Of a stretch of DNA of 64,000 bases, positions 1 to 14,436 are shown piece by piece. The DNA is from Octopus sinensis (taxonomy: Eukaryota). The stretch lies in contig NW_021830452.1 of assembly GCF_006345805.1 (NCBI RefSeq), positions 884-64,883 on the forward strand, written 5' to 3'. Each line of letters starts with the position of its first letter. The stretch's first letter is position 1. Below the pieces are notes generated by a model. That model searched no databases and was not told where the DNA came from. It was given only the letters and a program-made list of their open reading frames with translations. The position numbers and the translations under genes are program-made.

Positions 1-340
1 TATGTGTGTGTGAGTTGTGTGAGAGTACGAGTGTGCGTGTGGTGTGTAATCGCAAGTGTGTGTGTGTGTGTACCTGTGTGTACATGTGCATGTTGGTTTA
101 AAGTGGAAGATGGAGAAAGCAGGAAACATTATTGCAAAGTAATGAAATGTTATACTGGAAATCAATCTGGAGGGAAGATTTGAAACACACACACACACAC
201 ACGCACACACAAACGCACACACACACGCACACACACACGCGCGCGCGCGCGCAAGTACTTGTACGAACACGCTCGTATGCAAAACACATACTCGCACACA
301 CACATATCTATGTATACATGTATCTATGTATGTAGGCTTG

Positions 341-381
<41 letters not shown>

Positions 382-696
382 TATATATATATATATATAT
401 ATGCATACATACACATACCCATACACACACACACACACATATATATATATGTATATATACATACATATATATTACATATATATGTATATATATGCATATA
501 TATGTATATATGTTATATATATGTGTGGTGTGTGAGTGTACATGTGCATTATATAGTGTATATATAATATGAGTATATATATATTGTGTGTGTGTGAGTG
601 TACATGTGCATATATATGTGTATATATAATAGAGTATATAATATATGTGTGTATATATATATATGTATATATATATATATGTGTGTATATTATATA

Positions 697-758
<62 letters not shown>

Positions 759-775
759 TATATTTGCATGTAAAA
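1..775. repeat. Compound microsatellite block (GT/CA/TA/TACA)
   Basis: Dinucleotide runs seen directly; they explain all ORFs in this span. Confidence 0.95.
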
Positions 776-1074
776 ATGAAGAAAGCGAAGCATTAAACTT
801 AATAAGAAAATTTCAATTACTCGTATAAAAAAAGTAAATAAAGCATGAAATAAATAAATTATGAATAAATATACAAATAAACAAATGGAAAAAATAAATG
901 AGATTTTTAAAAAATTATTTTCGAAATCCTGTATAGAAGCTGTTATGTGATCTATTTCACAGGAAGTCGTTAAATGTGACCAGGGAAAGAAACTGCTGAC
1001 GAGGGAAATTTTCTGCCGTTTTATTTCAACATTCGGTTACTGCTATCGATGTTGCATCAGTCCTAAATGATACA

Positions 1075-1132
<58 letters not shown>

Positions 1133-1410
1133 ATTGATATTGATATTGATATTTTGAAATGTTTAAACTGAGGAAGGTTTATAGAATAGATGCATTTTTC
1201 CTATAATATATTAACCTAAATCTGAAGGGTACGTAATAAATGATTTCGAAATATGATTACGCTTTTGGTTTAACTACATTATAACAACAAGCACACGCAC
1301 GCGCGCCCACAAATGCATGCATACATACATACATACATACATACATACATACATACATACATACATACATACATACATACATACATACATACATGCATGC
1401 ATTCATACAT

Positions 1411-1950
1411 AAGCAGTTGCCCGAAAATGTCATCACAAAATTTATCTACCGATGAGACATGGTGTTGTAGCTGCTAGAGCAGTGTATAGCGACATCTGCC
1501 GGAAGGATAATCTATAGGACAAAGAAATAAGAGCCCACAGTACAGTTGAAGCCATAGCCACTCATAATAAGGAGTACTGGTGCAATGTTCCAGTGAAAAC
1601 CTCAATAAAAATGTAAGCACAATAGACCTGACATAATGATTTGGGATATAGAAGAGAAACTGTGTAAAGTTTTGGAATTCAGCTGCTCAGTGGATGTTAA
1701 CATAAAGCTAAAGATTAACGAAAAAGAAAATACCTACGCTAAACTACTGAGAAATTTGCAGTTACTCTATCCAGATTACAAGTTCAGGTTTATACTTGGA
1801 GTCATTGGGATACTGGTATACGTAACACACTACCTAAAAGCTAATCTTGATAAAATAGGCTTCTCAAAACCAGAAAGGAGAGAGATGATTCGATGACGAC
1901 AAATCCAATCCATCACTGGAACTGTAAAAATTCAGAAGTTTATCATTTAA
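1411..1950 (+). mobile_element. Degenerate 3' end of an RLE-type non-LTR retrotransposon (R2/NeSL/CRE-like)
   Basis: Broken frames read SSCPKMSS..RHGVVA..YWCNVPVKTSIK..HNRPDIMIWDIEEKLCKVLEFSC..GTVKI: end of CCHC knuckle plus PD-(D/E)xK endonuclease, with stops and frameshifts. Confidence 0.8.
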
Positions 1951-2055
1951 GTATATATGAGCATGTCTAGATATGCATGAGAAGACATATATAAAACAGA
2001 ACATACAAATCTGTACGTATTCATACATAAAAACATAATTACATACATATACATA

Positions 2056-2466
2056 GGCGCAGGAGTGGCTGTGTGGTAAGTAGCTTGTCTACCAACCACA
2101 ATGTTCCGGTTCAGCCCACTGCGTGGCACCTTGGGCAAGTGTCTTTACTATAGCCTCGGGCCGACCAAAGCCTGTGAGTGGATTTGGTAGACGGAACTGA
2201 AAGAAGCCCGTCGTATATATGTTAATATATATATGTGTGCGTGTGTGTGTTTATGTGTCTGTGTTTGTCCCCTAGCATTGCTTGACAACCGATGCTGGTG
2301 TGTTTATGTCCCCGTTACTTGGCGGTTCGGCGAAGAAGACCGATAGAATAAGTACTGGGCGTACAAAAGAATAAGTCCCGGGGTCGAGTTGCTCGATTAA
2401 AGGCGGTGCTCCAGCATGGCCGCAGTCAAATGACTGAAACAAGTAAAAGAGTAAAGAGTAAGAGTA
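2056..2466 (+). mobile_element. SINE family B (tRNA head + CORE-like domain + internal microsatellite + 3' module), near full length
   Basis: A-box-like TGGCTGTGTGG, B-box-like GGTTCAGCCC, CORE-like GTGGCACCTTGGGCAAGTGTC, tail (AAGAGTA)n; homologues at 35.5, 41.2, 46.1 and 50.9 kb. Octopus OR SINEs are described as CORE-SINEs; exact family name not verified. Confidence 0.85.
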
Positions 2467-2767
2467 TACACATACATAATGCATACATGGATACATGCAT
2501 ACATACATTCATACATTCATTCATACATAGATACATACATACATACATACCTACATACACACATACATACATGCATGCATACACACATACATACATACAT
2601 ACATACATACATACATACATACATACATACACACATACATACATGCATACATACACACATACATACATACATACATACATACATGCATACATACATACAT
2701 ACATACATGCATGCATACATACATACATACATACATACATAAATACATACATACATACATACATACA

Positions 2768-2797
<30 letters not shown>
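2467..2797. repeat. (TACA)n microsatellite
   Basis: Seen directly. Confidence 0.95.
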
Positions 2798-2799
<2 letters not shown>

Positions 2800-3135
2800 A
2801 GCTGATTTCTCATTCAGAAGTGAGTATGACTTTGCATCTTGTGCTATGCATTCTCTAATTATTTTTGGTGATTAATATTGCCATGAGCAGACACAGACGA
2901 ACTTCCGACTGCTCCTTCCTCTTCACCCAGCCATATGTCGAGAATGTGATTGCTGAAAGCGGAGAGAGATTCATCAGCCCTTGGCTTCTTATTTATTGAC
3001 AGCTGAGCAAAATAAAGCAATGTGAAACGAGGCGCCTTAGTTAATGATAAACGCCCGGAATCGTCTTCCCAACTTTATGATTGCCAGCCTAACATCCTCA
3101 ACAGTTGGTGAGTCCCATCACACACGCACGCACGC

Positions 3136-3192
<57 letters not shown>

Positions 3193-3539
3193 CACACACA
3201 CACACATATGTGAATGTGTAATTCCCAGTATATAAACTCTGTCAGGTCGTCCATTAAATATAACAGTTATGTCGCACGTTCGGATGACCACTACTCAACT
3301 GAACTCTACTCGTCGACTTCTCTCCTGACGTCTAGACTTCTCTCTCTATATCTACGTATTGGGCTAGCCTACTTCATCGTCTGGGGGCGTCCACACAACA
3401 CAAACACACTGTCAACTTGATAGTTCATTGGGCGCACGACTAACTAATCCGGTTCACATCACTCATATAAAAAAGATTGCTATGGTGTCCATGAGTAAGG
3501 AAGTACACGGAAGCTGATTAACCCGAAATTTTATTCAGA

Positions 3540-4400
3540 TGATAGAAAATGTTTTTCAATCGACAATACACAATAGAAATCACAGAATATGCAACTCAAA
3601 AGAAATATTGCTGCGTTTTTAATAGCAAAGAGAAAAAAAATATCGATTATTTGGTCAACATTTTTGCCGATAGCCATGTTGCTATCCGGTCGTTCAATAC
3701 TAAATATTGTTGTACTGTTTGACTGTATTCGATCCATTGTATACTTTAGATATATCTCCATTCAACTACAGCCGCTGAAACCGCGCTCTGTTGAGCACGA
3801 TGAAGTAGGAATGGTTACCAAGATACCAGTCTACTTGTTGAAGACTTGAAGAATGCCATGAAGATCGTTTTTATAAACACTTTCAGCAACTCCACCTGTA
3901 GTTGTAAGTGAACCTGACGGGTGTGTTATGGTCCGTGACAAACTTTGTATAAATTACCTTTTCTACCTTTAAGAAAGCCGAAACAATTCTGTAACGTAAT
4001 GTAACAATTTGCTATCGCTCGTTTAAGTCATCTAACACATCAAGACAGATTGTACGAAATATTTCACGGATTCCATTTCCAAAATAATCTCATCTGCCTT
4101 AAAATATAAGGTAGATATATATACTTTGGCAGAGTTTGGCATTTTGACCTAGTGGCACTTCTCTGACTGGTTTTCTAATCAGATCTTGTAATCTACGAGA
4201 TAATATTTTGTTTCATTGTGAAATTCTTGATTCTTTGAATTAGAATCGTGTGATGTGTATAATTTCTTTGATAATTTCACCGAACATTTCAACTCATTTC
4301 CAGACACTTACCATATTTTCCTCTACAGGGAGAAAACTACACAGGCATAGCTTCATAGTTAAGAAGTTCGTTTCGCAATCATGTTGTTTCAATTTCGGTG
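3540..4400 (-). mobile_element. Degenerate hAT transposase fragment (C-terminal dimerisation domain)
   Basis: Minus strand reads ILVTIPTSSCSTERGFS..MEIYLKYTM..IFSIER..VDQIIDIF, matching the hAT dimerisation motif (xTIPxSSCSxERxFSxL..YLRxTM); many stops. Confidence 0.7.
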
Positions 4401-4790
4401 ACGCGCAAGTGTCTTCTACCGTGGCCTCGGAACGATTAATGCCTTATTCGTGGATTTAGTGGACAGAAACTATTTAGAAGCCTGTCGTATATGTATCAGG
4501 TTGGAAAGAAAATTTTATGCCTTGGTGGTTAAATCCGTATCGATTTTACCTTTTTAAAATGAAGTAAAATCAAAACCCATATCGGACATGGCACGTTGTG
4601 TGAATTCAAAAGGGGATCCTCAGAAATGGAAGCAGCAAGAAATATTTGTTTCGTCAATGGAAATAATGCTTTAAATGTCTAAACATGGCAATGATGGTTT
4701 AGTCATTGTAGTTCAGTCGTCTATCTGTTTGCTGTATGCTGTACGTAAAAATGCGTTAACAATAAAACTGTGTGGCCGTATATTGTATAC

Positions 4791-5015
4791 GAGCTGGCAG
4801 AAACGTTAGCGCGCCGGGCGAAATGCTTTGTGGTATTTCGTCCGCCGCTACGTTCTGTGTTCAAATTCCGCCGAGGTCGACTTTGCCTTTCATCCTTTCG
4901 GGGTCGATTAAATAAGTACCAGTTACGCACTGGGGTCGATATAATCGACTCAATCCGTTTGTCTGTCCTTGTTTGTCCCCTGTATGTTTAGCCCCTTGTG
5001 GGTTGTAAAGAAATG
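4791..5015 (+). mobile_element. SINE family A (tail type 1)
   Basis: GAGCTGGCAGAAACGTTAG head, B-box-like GTTCAAATTCC, central GGTCGACTTTGCCTTTCATCCTTTCGGGGTCGAT, tail ..GTAAAGAAAT; more than 15 copies in the window. Confidence 0.9.
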
Positions 5016-6492
5016 CGTATATTATACAGACATTATTACATCAAAGGCAGATTGAAAAGCTGTGAAATTTTGTCTAATGATCAAGAAACTCGGGGAAAGA
5101 GGAGCGTTGGGAATAATTCCTCTGTCGTCCCAAAGTAACAAGGACAAAACTCGGAATGTTATTGATCAAGAGTTTAATTGATTAGTCAGCAAAATTTAAT
5201 CCAATTCGAATCATAATTAATATGCCATCGTTGTTAATTTGCTAATATTTTTGCTTTCGTTTTCCGAATTTTCCTCACATTTTTATCGGAAATTGATAGG
5301 TTAGTTACCTCAACAAACCCTAAATTGTATGCCTTTTTCATAGGTTTGCTGAAATAGACCTGATTAGAAGCTGTACAAAGTCAATGAGTCTACCTATATG
5401 TGGTATGTCCATTTGCTAGAAATATTAACCAGTTTTTTCTCAAAGACACGCCGCAGTCTTTAATAAAGGACACATTGTAGTTTAGATACGTTATACCTAA
5501 GTAAATAAAAAAAAGTGGGATGGTCACAAAAGGAATGTCTGCAATCATAGGTCCCTTCAGATAATGTTGACCTGGGTCTAAACAACAATAAAGTATGTCG
5601 ATAATACAATACTGTAATCTCAACGTGGTCACTTTATCTGCTAGAAATAATAACCAAATCCATCTCCCCTTAAAACACTGTCTTCTGTCTTAAAATAAAA
5701 GGACACATTAGATAATACAACTCTAGATACACAATGTGTGAAATTAAGGGACAGGATTATCACAAAAGTATCTTCTATTTCCAGTAGGTGGAAGCACCTC
5801 ATACGGGCTTCCTCGTTTGCACAGTCGAATAATGCGCCGTATTTATCGACTGCATCCTCCTTATTCTTTGAATATGAAATCTGCTAAAGTGGTGAGGAAA
5901 CGTTAAAGGGGCAAATTTTAAGCCTTTAGATTAAATCAATCTCAATAGATTAACAAAATACAATCAAAATCATAAATAATATTCTTTTCTACTCTAGGCA
6001 TGAGGCCCGAAATTTTGGGGAAGGGAGCCAGTCGATTAGATCGACCCCACTACGCAACTGGTATTTGATTTATCGACCCTGAAAGGATAAAAGGCAAAGA
6101 TTCGATTACAACTAGGGTTGTAATCGAACGAGACAGAAAGAAATATAGGGGGTTAAATGCTGGATTTTAAGGGGTTTCTTGGTACCAACGCGTATACGTC
6201 AGCAAAAAAAAAAGAAAAAGAAAATTTAGTTCAATAAAGAAACCGTCAAGCCATACCACCCCCAACTAAAATACAAATAATGGTACCATGTCATGAGCGC
6301 AAGTGAATTCTCAACGGTGTATCTAATTGCTTCTCTGCTAAAAGAAACTAATTTTGTTGCTTTTTATTTTCGTATTTATTTTTGTTGTGGAAAACAGATT
6401 TTGGTATTATTGCTGTTGAAATCATTATTAAAAATTAAAAGAAATCATTAAAAATAAAAAGCCTTCTGATATCGAAATTACAAACAAATATC

Positions 6493-6647
6493 ACCACCAC
6501 CACCACCATCACCACCACCACCATCATCCCCCACCATCCCCACCACCACACCACCCCCACCACCACATCATCATCATCATCATCATCATCTCCTCATATC
6601 ATCAGTATTATTAATTATTATTATTAATTATTATGTTATTATTATTA

Positions 6648-6701
<54 letters not shown>

Positions 6702-6706
6702 TATTA

Positions 6707-6741
<35 letters not shown>

Positions 6742-6784
6742 ATTATTATTGTTATTATCATTATTATTATTATTGTTATTATTA

Positions 6785-6837
<53 letters not shown>

Positions 6838-6864
6838 GTAATTATTATTATTATTATTATTGTA

Positions 6865-6902
<38 letters not shown>

Positions 6903-7067
6903 CAATTATTATTATTATTATTGTAATTATTATTATTATATTATTATTATTATGTATCATTATATTATTATTATTATTATTATTTTATTATTGTAATTAT
7001 TATTATTATTATTATTGTAATTATTATTATTATATTATTATTATTATTATTATATATTATTATTGTA

Positions 7068-7120
<53 letters not shown>

Positions 7121-7145
7121 CATTATTATTATTATTATTATTATT
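6493..7145. repeat. Compound (CAC)n-(CAT)n-(ATT)n microsatellite
   Basis: Seen directly; TGTA interruptions recur. Confidence 0.95.
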
Positions 7146-7763
7146 AGCAATTTCCCGTTCAGTTCGAACAAATATCTGAGAAGAGTGTTTACAGATTTTT
7201 TTCTTTTTTCTAACTAGTTTATGTTGGCTTCTTTGCAAGTTGACGTAGCACCGTCGCAATTTATCTCCGTTTGTGATGTGAGATCAGAATTGAATTAACC
7301 AGACGCCATATGGCCGTCATTTCTTAGCTGATACTCGTAGAACAGTTTATATATGGGACGATAAATAATTAAAAATTGAATATTTATATATATATAAAAT
7401 TACTTGTTTACTGGTCTGTTTGTTACCAATGGACTCGAAAACCAGAAAAACCAATCACGTTCAAACTTAACATGAAAGGTCCTTAGACTCGGCTATAGGT
7501 TTCCCTCAAATTTGGACCAATATTCTTTTAAGGAACAAGAGATAGTCCTCATTCAACGAAAATTTGACTCGACCGTTAGTTTTGGTTATTTCCGAAAAAT
7601 AAATGGAAGTTAATGCAGTATGTGTGTGTTACGTGCTGTTGTTAATGTGTCCACCGATTTTTCTCTCGTTAATTGACTTCATGTGAAGGAACAGAAAATA
7701 CCTTCATCCTGGTTGGCGCCGTACCAGGAAATTGCAGCCAAATGACATTAGATATACACCCTC

Positions 7764-7816
<53 letters not shown>

Positions 7817-7929
7817 GTCTGTCTCTGTCTGCCTTTCTGTCTGCATTTCCGTCTGTCTGTCTGTCTCTCTCTCTGTATATATACATATATATATCGCCAA
7901 ACAGTGTTTTGGCATAAGTAAAATTTAGG

Positions 7930-8585
7930 TTAGTTAAAATATGTTTGTGACACACTACCAGTAAAATTGTTAAGTTGACGAAACTTCCAAATGCAACAAT
8001 TTATCATGGGTATAAACAATTTAAAGAAGAGAGGAAAATTGATGGAAAAGAACACAAGACTCGAAGTGATTCCAGGCGCAATCCAAAGTTCCTCGCTGGC
8101 CTCAAACGTTCGATTGAAGCCAACCCATCCAGATCTATGATGACTCTCGCAAAGAAACGCAGTGTGTCCCTTTCCACGATGTCCAGAGGTGTGAGTAGGA
8201 ACCTTGGCATCACTAGCTATGTTCGATGACAGCCGAAGCCAAAGCAATCAGAGCCGAGAGATGCCTAAAGCTTTTCGCATTCATCAAGCATCAAGATGCA
8301 GGAAAAACTCTCGTGTTTGTGGATGAGAAGAATTTCTCTTGTCGACGCTGAGGTGAATCGCAGATATTCTCGAGTGATTGCATACAACCCTTCTAACGCT
8401 CCCACTGTATTTGAGACTAAGAATCCTGCCACTGTGATGGTATTTGGGGCCGTGGCGAGTGATGGAAGTGTTAAGGAACCACACTTCACTAAGTCTGGCT
8501 TGAGATCGGCACAAAGGAGTATCTGGGCATCCTGAAGAACTCTCTGTTACTTTGGATAGAGCAGAAGTTTGGGCTTGACAATGTG
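7930..8585 (+). mobile_element. Degenerate Tc1/mariner transposase, probably maT (DD37D)-like
   Basis: HTH region (RSIEANPSRSMMTLAKK) then LVFVDEKNFS and KNPATVMVFGAVASDG; frameshifted and truncated at a TA run before the third D, so subfamily is inferred from motif similarity. Confidence 0.75.
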
Positions 8586-8659
8586 GGTTAATATATATAT
8601 ATGGTATATTATATATATATAATATATAATATATATATATATAGATATATATATATATA

Positions 8660-9052
8660 CAAGACAAGATAAGAAAATGGAGAAATAATCTAAATCAATA
8701 TCAATTACCAGATGATACTCAATCACATACTTTATTAAACCACCACATAAGAGATTGTAGGGTTAAATATAAAAAGCAGAACAAATCAGTGTACATAAAG
8801 GATGTGTACATAAAAAAGTGTACATAAAAGAGTAATGTTGTATAATAAGTAGAATATATATAAAAGAGAATATAAATACAAGTAAATATAAATATAAGTA
8901 TAAATTAGATCTTACACCTGTTTCGGCCATGTCGATAAGTATGTCTCATTTTACCAATATTAGCCCTTTATGGTTGGTCAATATATAGATATAAATGAGA
9001 CATTTACAAAAAAATATCACAAGGCCTCTTCGGACCCCTATCTCAATTTGTA

Positions 9053-9086
<34 letters not shown>

Positions 9087-9420
9087 TATGTACATATATG
9101 TAAATATACGTGTATATATCAATATATTGACTCCGGTATTATTTTTGGTCGTATACGCAGGTGGTAGAGGTGAATGAATTAGATTTAGCATGTATATAAA
9201 TATGAACATTATACGTTATTCGTATGGGTATGTATAAATGTTTATAATTATGTACAATGTGTTATGCTATACTGATGTCGGTAAAGTCATTTACATCTCT
9301 AAACTAGAAATGGATCTACGGTTAAACCCCTTTTTAAATAAAATCTTTGTTCACTGAAATAGCTAATGGAGTAAATAATGTAGTTCTTAAAGCCATTTGG
9401 CGTCTATTTCCAGGATGTGG
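8660..9420 (-). mobile_element. Probable Penelope-type LTR-like remnant
   Basis: Minus strand has ATGGCCGAAACAGGTG, resembling PLE terminal motifs; otherwise weak. Confidence 0.35.
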
Positions 9421-9644
9421 CACTACTTATTAGTGCCCTTATTATAGTTATATTTATATAATTATACATTTTGTATGCACACACGCATACATACACAAAT
9501 ACACATATACATACCAAGAATTAACGCAACCAAACTTCTACATGTTACTTTTGACAATCTTTTTCCAAAGAGTGAAACCGGTAAAGTAAATAAACATCTT
9601 TTAATATATGCATATTACTCATATATCCCTCTTCGTATATATAT

Positions 9645-9695
<51 letters not shown>

Positions 9696-9844
9696 ATATA
9701 TATATATGCGTATTAGAAGGTTTGGAGATGATGTACAGATATTTTATATTAGAAGAAATGAGTACTCAGAAATTCGGATGGTTTTATATTTACAGATATA
9801 TATATTCTCCAGGTAAGTTTTTATATATATATATATATATATAA

Positions 9845-10200
9845 TATTATTTATGGCTGTCCACTAGTGACCGGAGAAGACCATCATTGACCATTGCGTA
9901 CAAAACGTCAGCAATAACAGTGCATGAGGTTATTGCACTAGCTGTAAGTTTCACCTAGAACCACGCCCGCACCTTCCTCGCTCCCCACGGCGTCATCCTG
10001 CTAAACCATTGAATCTACATTGAGTTCATCCCTCCAATTAACAGGTCCCGTTCTTAGTCCTGGTGGGATTTTAGTAATCCTACTCGCCAGGCAAACCTAG
10101 TGGGGGGTGGTGCCAGTTTAGTCGCCAACGACCTGACCTTACAACAGGTTGTACTAGAGTGCATGTTACCAGTAGCACTCATGAAAGACCACACAAATGA
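9845..10200 (-). mobile_element. RTE-related 3' fragment
   Basis: ATGGCTGTCCACTAGTGACCGGAGAAGACCATCATTGAC closely matches the RTE 3' end at 24524 (ATGGCCGTCCAATCGTGACCGAGGAAAACCATTACTGAC). Confidence 0.5.
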
Positions 10201-10232
10201 CGTGAACCAATATGCATGCATATATGATATAT

Positions 10233-10277
<45 letters not shown>

Positions 10278-10347
10278 GTATATGTATAATATATATACGT
10301 ATGTGTGTACATAGATGTACACACCTACATATATATATGTATATGTG

Positions 10348-10386
<39 letters not shown>

Positions 10387-10393
10387 TATATAA

Positions 10394-10447
<54 letters not shown>

Positions 10448-11382
10448 TATATATATGAATATATATGCGTACAGATTTATACATGTATATATACATACAC
10501 ACTTTACACACTTCCACATGCACACACACGCACGGGCACATGCGCGCGCACACACACACTCACGCACACACACATATAATGTGGAATTATATGCTCCATA
10601 TATATTTGATTAACCAATCTAATCTCTAGAATCAAATATTTCTATATCAAACACACACACACACACACACACACACAAATAAGCAAACACGCATGCATAT
10701 TGATTACCAACACACCCCCCTTCACACACATTCATATGCACACATATGTAAGAATACGTATTTATATACACACACATACTGACACATACATTCCTTCATA
10801 TACACGCGCACATACACAAACGATCATACGCATGCACATACATACATACATACATACATACATACAGACGGATGCATGCCTATATACACATATAGTCCGG
10901 AAGTAGACATGAAACATAAGCTATTCCATATTTCATTAATTGTTTTACCGGCATTAATTAAATAGTTTAGTGGATGGGATGGGGGTGGCGAATTTTGCAC
11001 CATCTAATCCTTCCCCATTACTTTGCCAACAAGAAGACTAAGCCATATCTAGAAATAACAGTCAAATCACAACCCGCCTCTTTAAAAATAAGAAGGACAA
11101 ATTGATTGGACAAAATAGACATGAATATTCAATATTCTTCATATATTTCTGGTGATTCAAGTCCATTTGAACAGCGGCCACGACGAGGCAACAGCGTGAA
11201 TGATTTGTAGCTCATCACATCAATGATTGTACTGCCTGGTTATATTTATCTCTGGTACTCATTTTATCGATTTCTAGTTCCGACTGTTAAGTTATTTCTA
11301 GCAGCTAGACCGATGAGTACAGAGAAGTTTATCTCTAGCTGCGAATGTTTCTAATTCGTAAGGCAGTGAGCTGGCTGAACCG

Positions 11383-11490
11383 TATCACTCCGGGCAAAAT
11401 ACTTAGCGGCAATTCATCTGTCTTTACGTTCTGAGTTCAAATTCAGCCGAGGTCGACTTTACCTTTCATCTTTTCGGGGTCGATAAAATA
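11383..11490 (+). mobile_element. SINE family A, partial
   Basis: Central domain matches other copies. Confidence 0.8.
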
Positions 11491-11699
11491 AGTCGCATTG
11501 CCTTATCATACGTTGCCATAATACAAGAGATTGAGGCCAAGAGGATTTACAATACTGGTCATACCAAAGGCAGACGAGAAACAGAAAGTATCTACACATT
11601 TAGAAATAAAGAGTACAAGTGGAACATTCGAATGTGATAAGTAAACCTGTGTAGACACAACAGGCCATATATAATTCTTATAGGACAGGGAGCAAAAGT

Positions 11700-12005
11700 G
11701 ATTCACAGTTGTAGAGATCAGCTGAATAGTAGATGATTCAAAGATTAAGGAAACGAAGAACATTTATAGAAAAATTGATGAGAAAACTACAGCTCAAGCA
11801 AGAAACATTTACCCAAGCAATAGACTTTTATTGCTTTCTATTGTCATAGGTGCACGGGGTTACGTAACTAAAAATCTACATGGAGCCGAGAAGTATTTGG
11901 GTTCTTTATGAAAGAATAAAATAAACTGATTTGCATTTTCGAAATACAATTGAATCGAGGTAACTGTGAAAATTTGTAAAACATTTCAGAAATTCACCAT
12001 TTGAG
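11700..12005 (+). mobile_element. Second degenerate RLE-LINE 3' end, related to 1411-1950
   Basis: Reads [27 protein letters not shown], the same C-terminal pattern. Confidence 0.55.
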
Positions 12006-12338
12006 GTTTCTGGGTTAAGATATTCACATTGTCACATTTACATATGGGATACACACCGACACACAGACACAGACACAGACACAGACACACATACACACAC
12101 ACACACACACACAGAACGCACACACACAGAAACAGACACAGACACAGACACACGCACAGACACACAGATACAGACACACACACACACACACACAAACACA
12201 TGCATATATCAACCAATCCAGGTAACCATAAAACGTGAGAACTGTCTTAAAGAAAAGAATCTTACCAATTTGTTAGTGGTAGGGTTGAATTCTACTAAGG
12301 AAAACGACTAAATTCCAAAGAAACACACACACGCGCGC

Positions 12339-12369
<31 letters not shown>

Positions 12370-12526
12370 TATATTATGTATTGGCTTATGTTTTTCATTG
12401 TTTGATTTGCCTAATAGTGGTTTTATCTGTAATTTAATATATGATATAATATATTTATACTATAAAATTGGATTTAATCCTAAATCTGATTTTTCCCTGT
12501 AAGTTTGGATTTATTCCCTAATATTT

Positions 12527-12562
<36 letters not shown>

Positions 12563-12599
12563 CAGTAAATGTTATTTACACACATATATATATGCATAT

Positions 12600-12815
12600 A
12601 TATTTCTATACTGCCCACAAGGGGATATTCATAGAGGGGACAAACACGGACAGACAAACGGATTAAGTCGATTACATCAGTGCATAACTGGTACTTATTT
12701 AATCAACGCCGAAAGGATGAAAGGCAAAGTCGACCTCGGTGGAATTTGAACTCAGAACGTAACGGCAGACGAAATACCGCTATGCATTTCGCCCGGCGTG
12801 CTAACGTTACTGCCA
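12600..12815 (-). mobile_element. SINE family A (tail 1)
   Basis: Reverse-complement match to other copies. Confidence 0.9.
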
Positions 12816-13692
12816 ACTCGCCTCCTTTGGTAATATATAATAATAGTGAATACCAAATTATTTCATCCTCGCTTGCGCAACCCGGTGGTTGATGCTTCCT
12901 GCCACTACATCACAGCGTCTCACCATTCATTATATTTCCCAAACCAGAAATACAGAACAAATAAACATTTGCATGATGTTTCTTTTTCATTTTTATTTCA
13001 AGAATATTCTGGAAACTACTTATGCTAATAGCATTAAATGTTATTATTAACTTTTATTATCTCACTAATTTTAACATTTCAACATTTCTTTACAATGCTT
13101 TGGCAGCCATTAGATTTCAAATTTATTATTATTATTATATTTTCTTTTCCGTTTTGGTTATCTTTTTATGCGCTTTTTCTTAAGACTTTTTGTAGAAAAC
13201 TCAAATATACACCATTCTCTACTGAGAAGCCATTGTTGTAAACTATTACTTTGGTAATGAATTATTCTTGATAGTCGAAGATGCGTACATACACACAGAT
13301 ACGCGCGTACACACACACACATGCACACACCTATACACTACCACATTATACATATATAAACACATTCATACACAATCGTGCACACAGATATATATATACG
13401 CACATATTTATAAATACTAATACTTAAAAAAGCACACATATATTCTACTTATATGAAGATAGATATACATAAATCTACATGTGTGTGTGTGTATGTGTGT
13501 GTGTGTGTGTGTGTGCGTGTCTGTAGGTATGTGAGGGTTGAAATAAAGTTAAGATTTCAAATAAAATTTAAGAATAACAATAAAATATTTACAGATATGA
13601 TGACTTTATACGGAGAGTCAAAATTATAATGACGATCAAGTTGACTGGGACTTCAAAATACACATACATACATACGTATATGCAAACTTCTG

Positions 13693-13772
<80 letters not shown>

Positions 13773-14436
13773 GTATGCGCGTGGCTGTGCGGTAAGAAGC
13801 TTGCTTCTCAACCACATGGTTCTGGGTTCAGTCTCAGTGTGGCACTTGGCTTTGTTGATACCTGTCCAATATTTTATAAACATCTGACATCATCGGTGTG
13901 TTATATAAAGCAGTCTAACGCAAATTATTGATTCATCGAGACCTATTTGTGATTGATCGATTTATCAAAAATCTCTATCGAATCATATACACAAAACTTC
14001 TGCTTTAAATACGAAAGTACATATTAAAGAGCACATTAAAAATTTAGTCCAAGATACATTTGTCTGAAAATTGTTATGCTTAGAACACACGTGATCATAG
14101 TTTTGTTTGACGAGGTACGTATATGGAGGAAAACAAGATAGAATGATACTCCAGAATGGTCTGAAATGCCAACTGTTCTAATGCACAAATCCATGAGAAG
14201 CCCATAAATTTACGTCAAATGTTGAACGTTGGAAAATGTGATTAAGATGGCTGTTGTTTGTCAAGCGATCACGACTTTCTGTATGTTGCCGTATGTTTAT
14301 AAGAATTTAGTTGCTCGAGAAAAAGAAACCTGACAATAAACCAACAATGGCCATTTGACAATCGAACCACATTATAAATTGTGAAAGAGCGATATTTAAT
14401 CATGTTCGTTCTGTTATTGAGCTGAAATTTAAACAA

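Noticed and set aside
5800-10000. HDV L3-like TTCCTCG motifs (about 5808 and 9975)
   Set aside because: No flanking P3 or P1 pairing.
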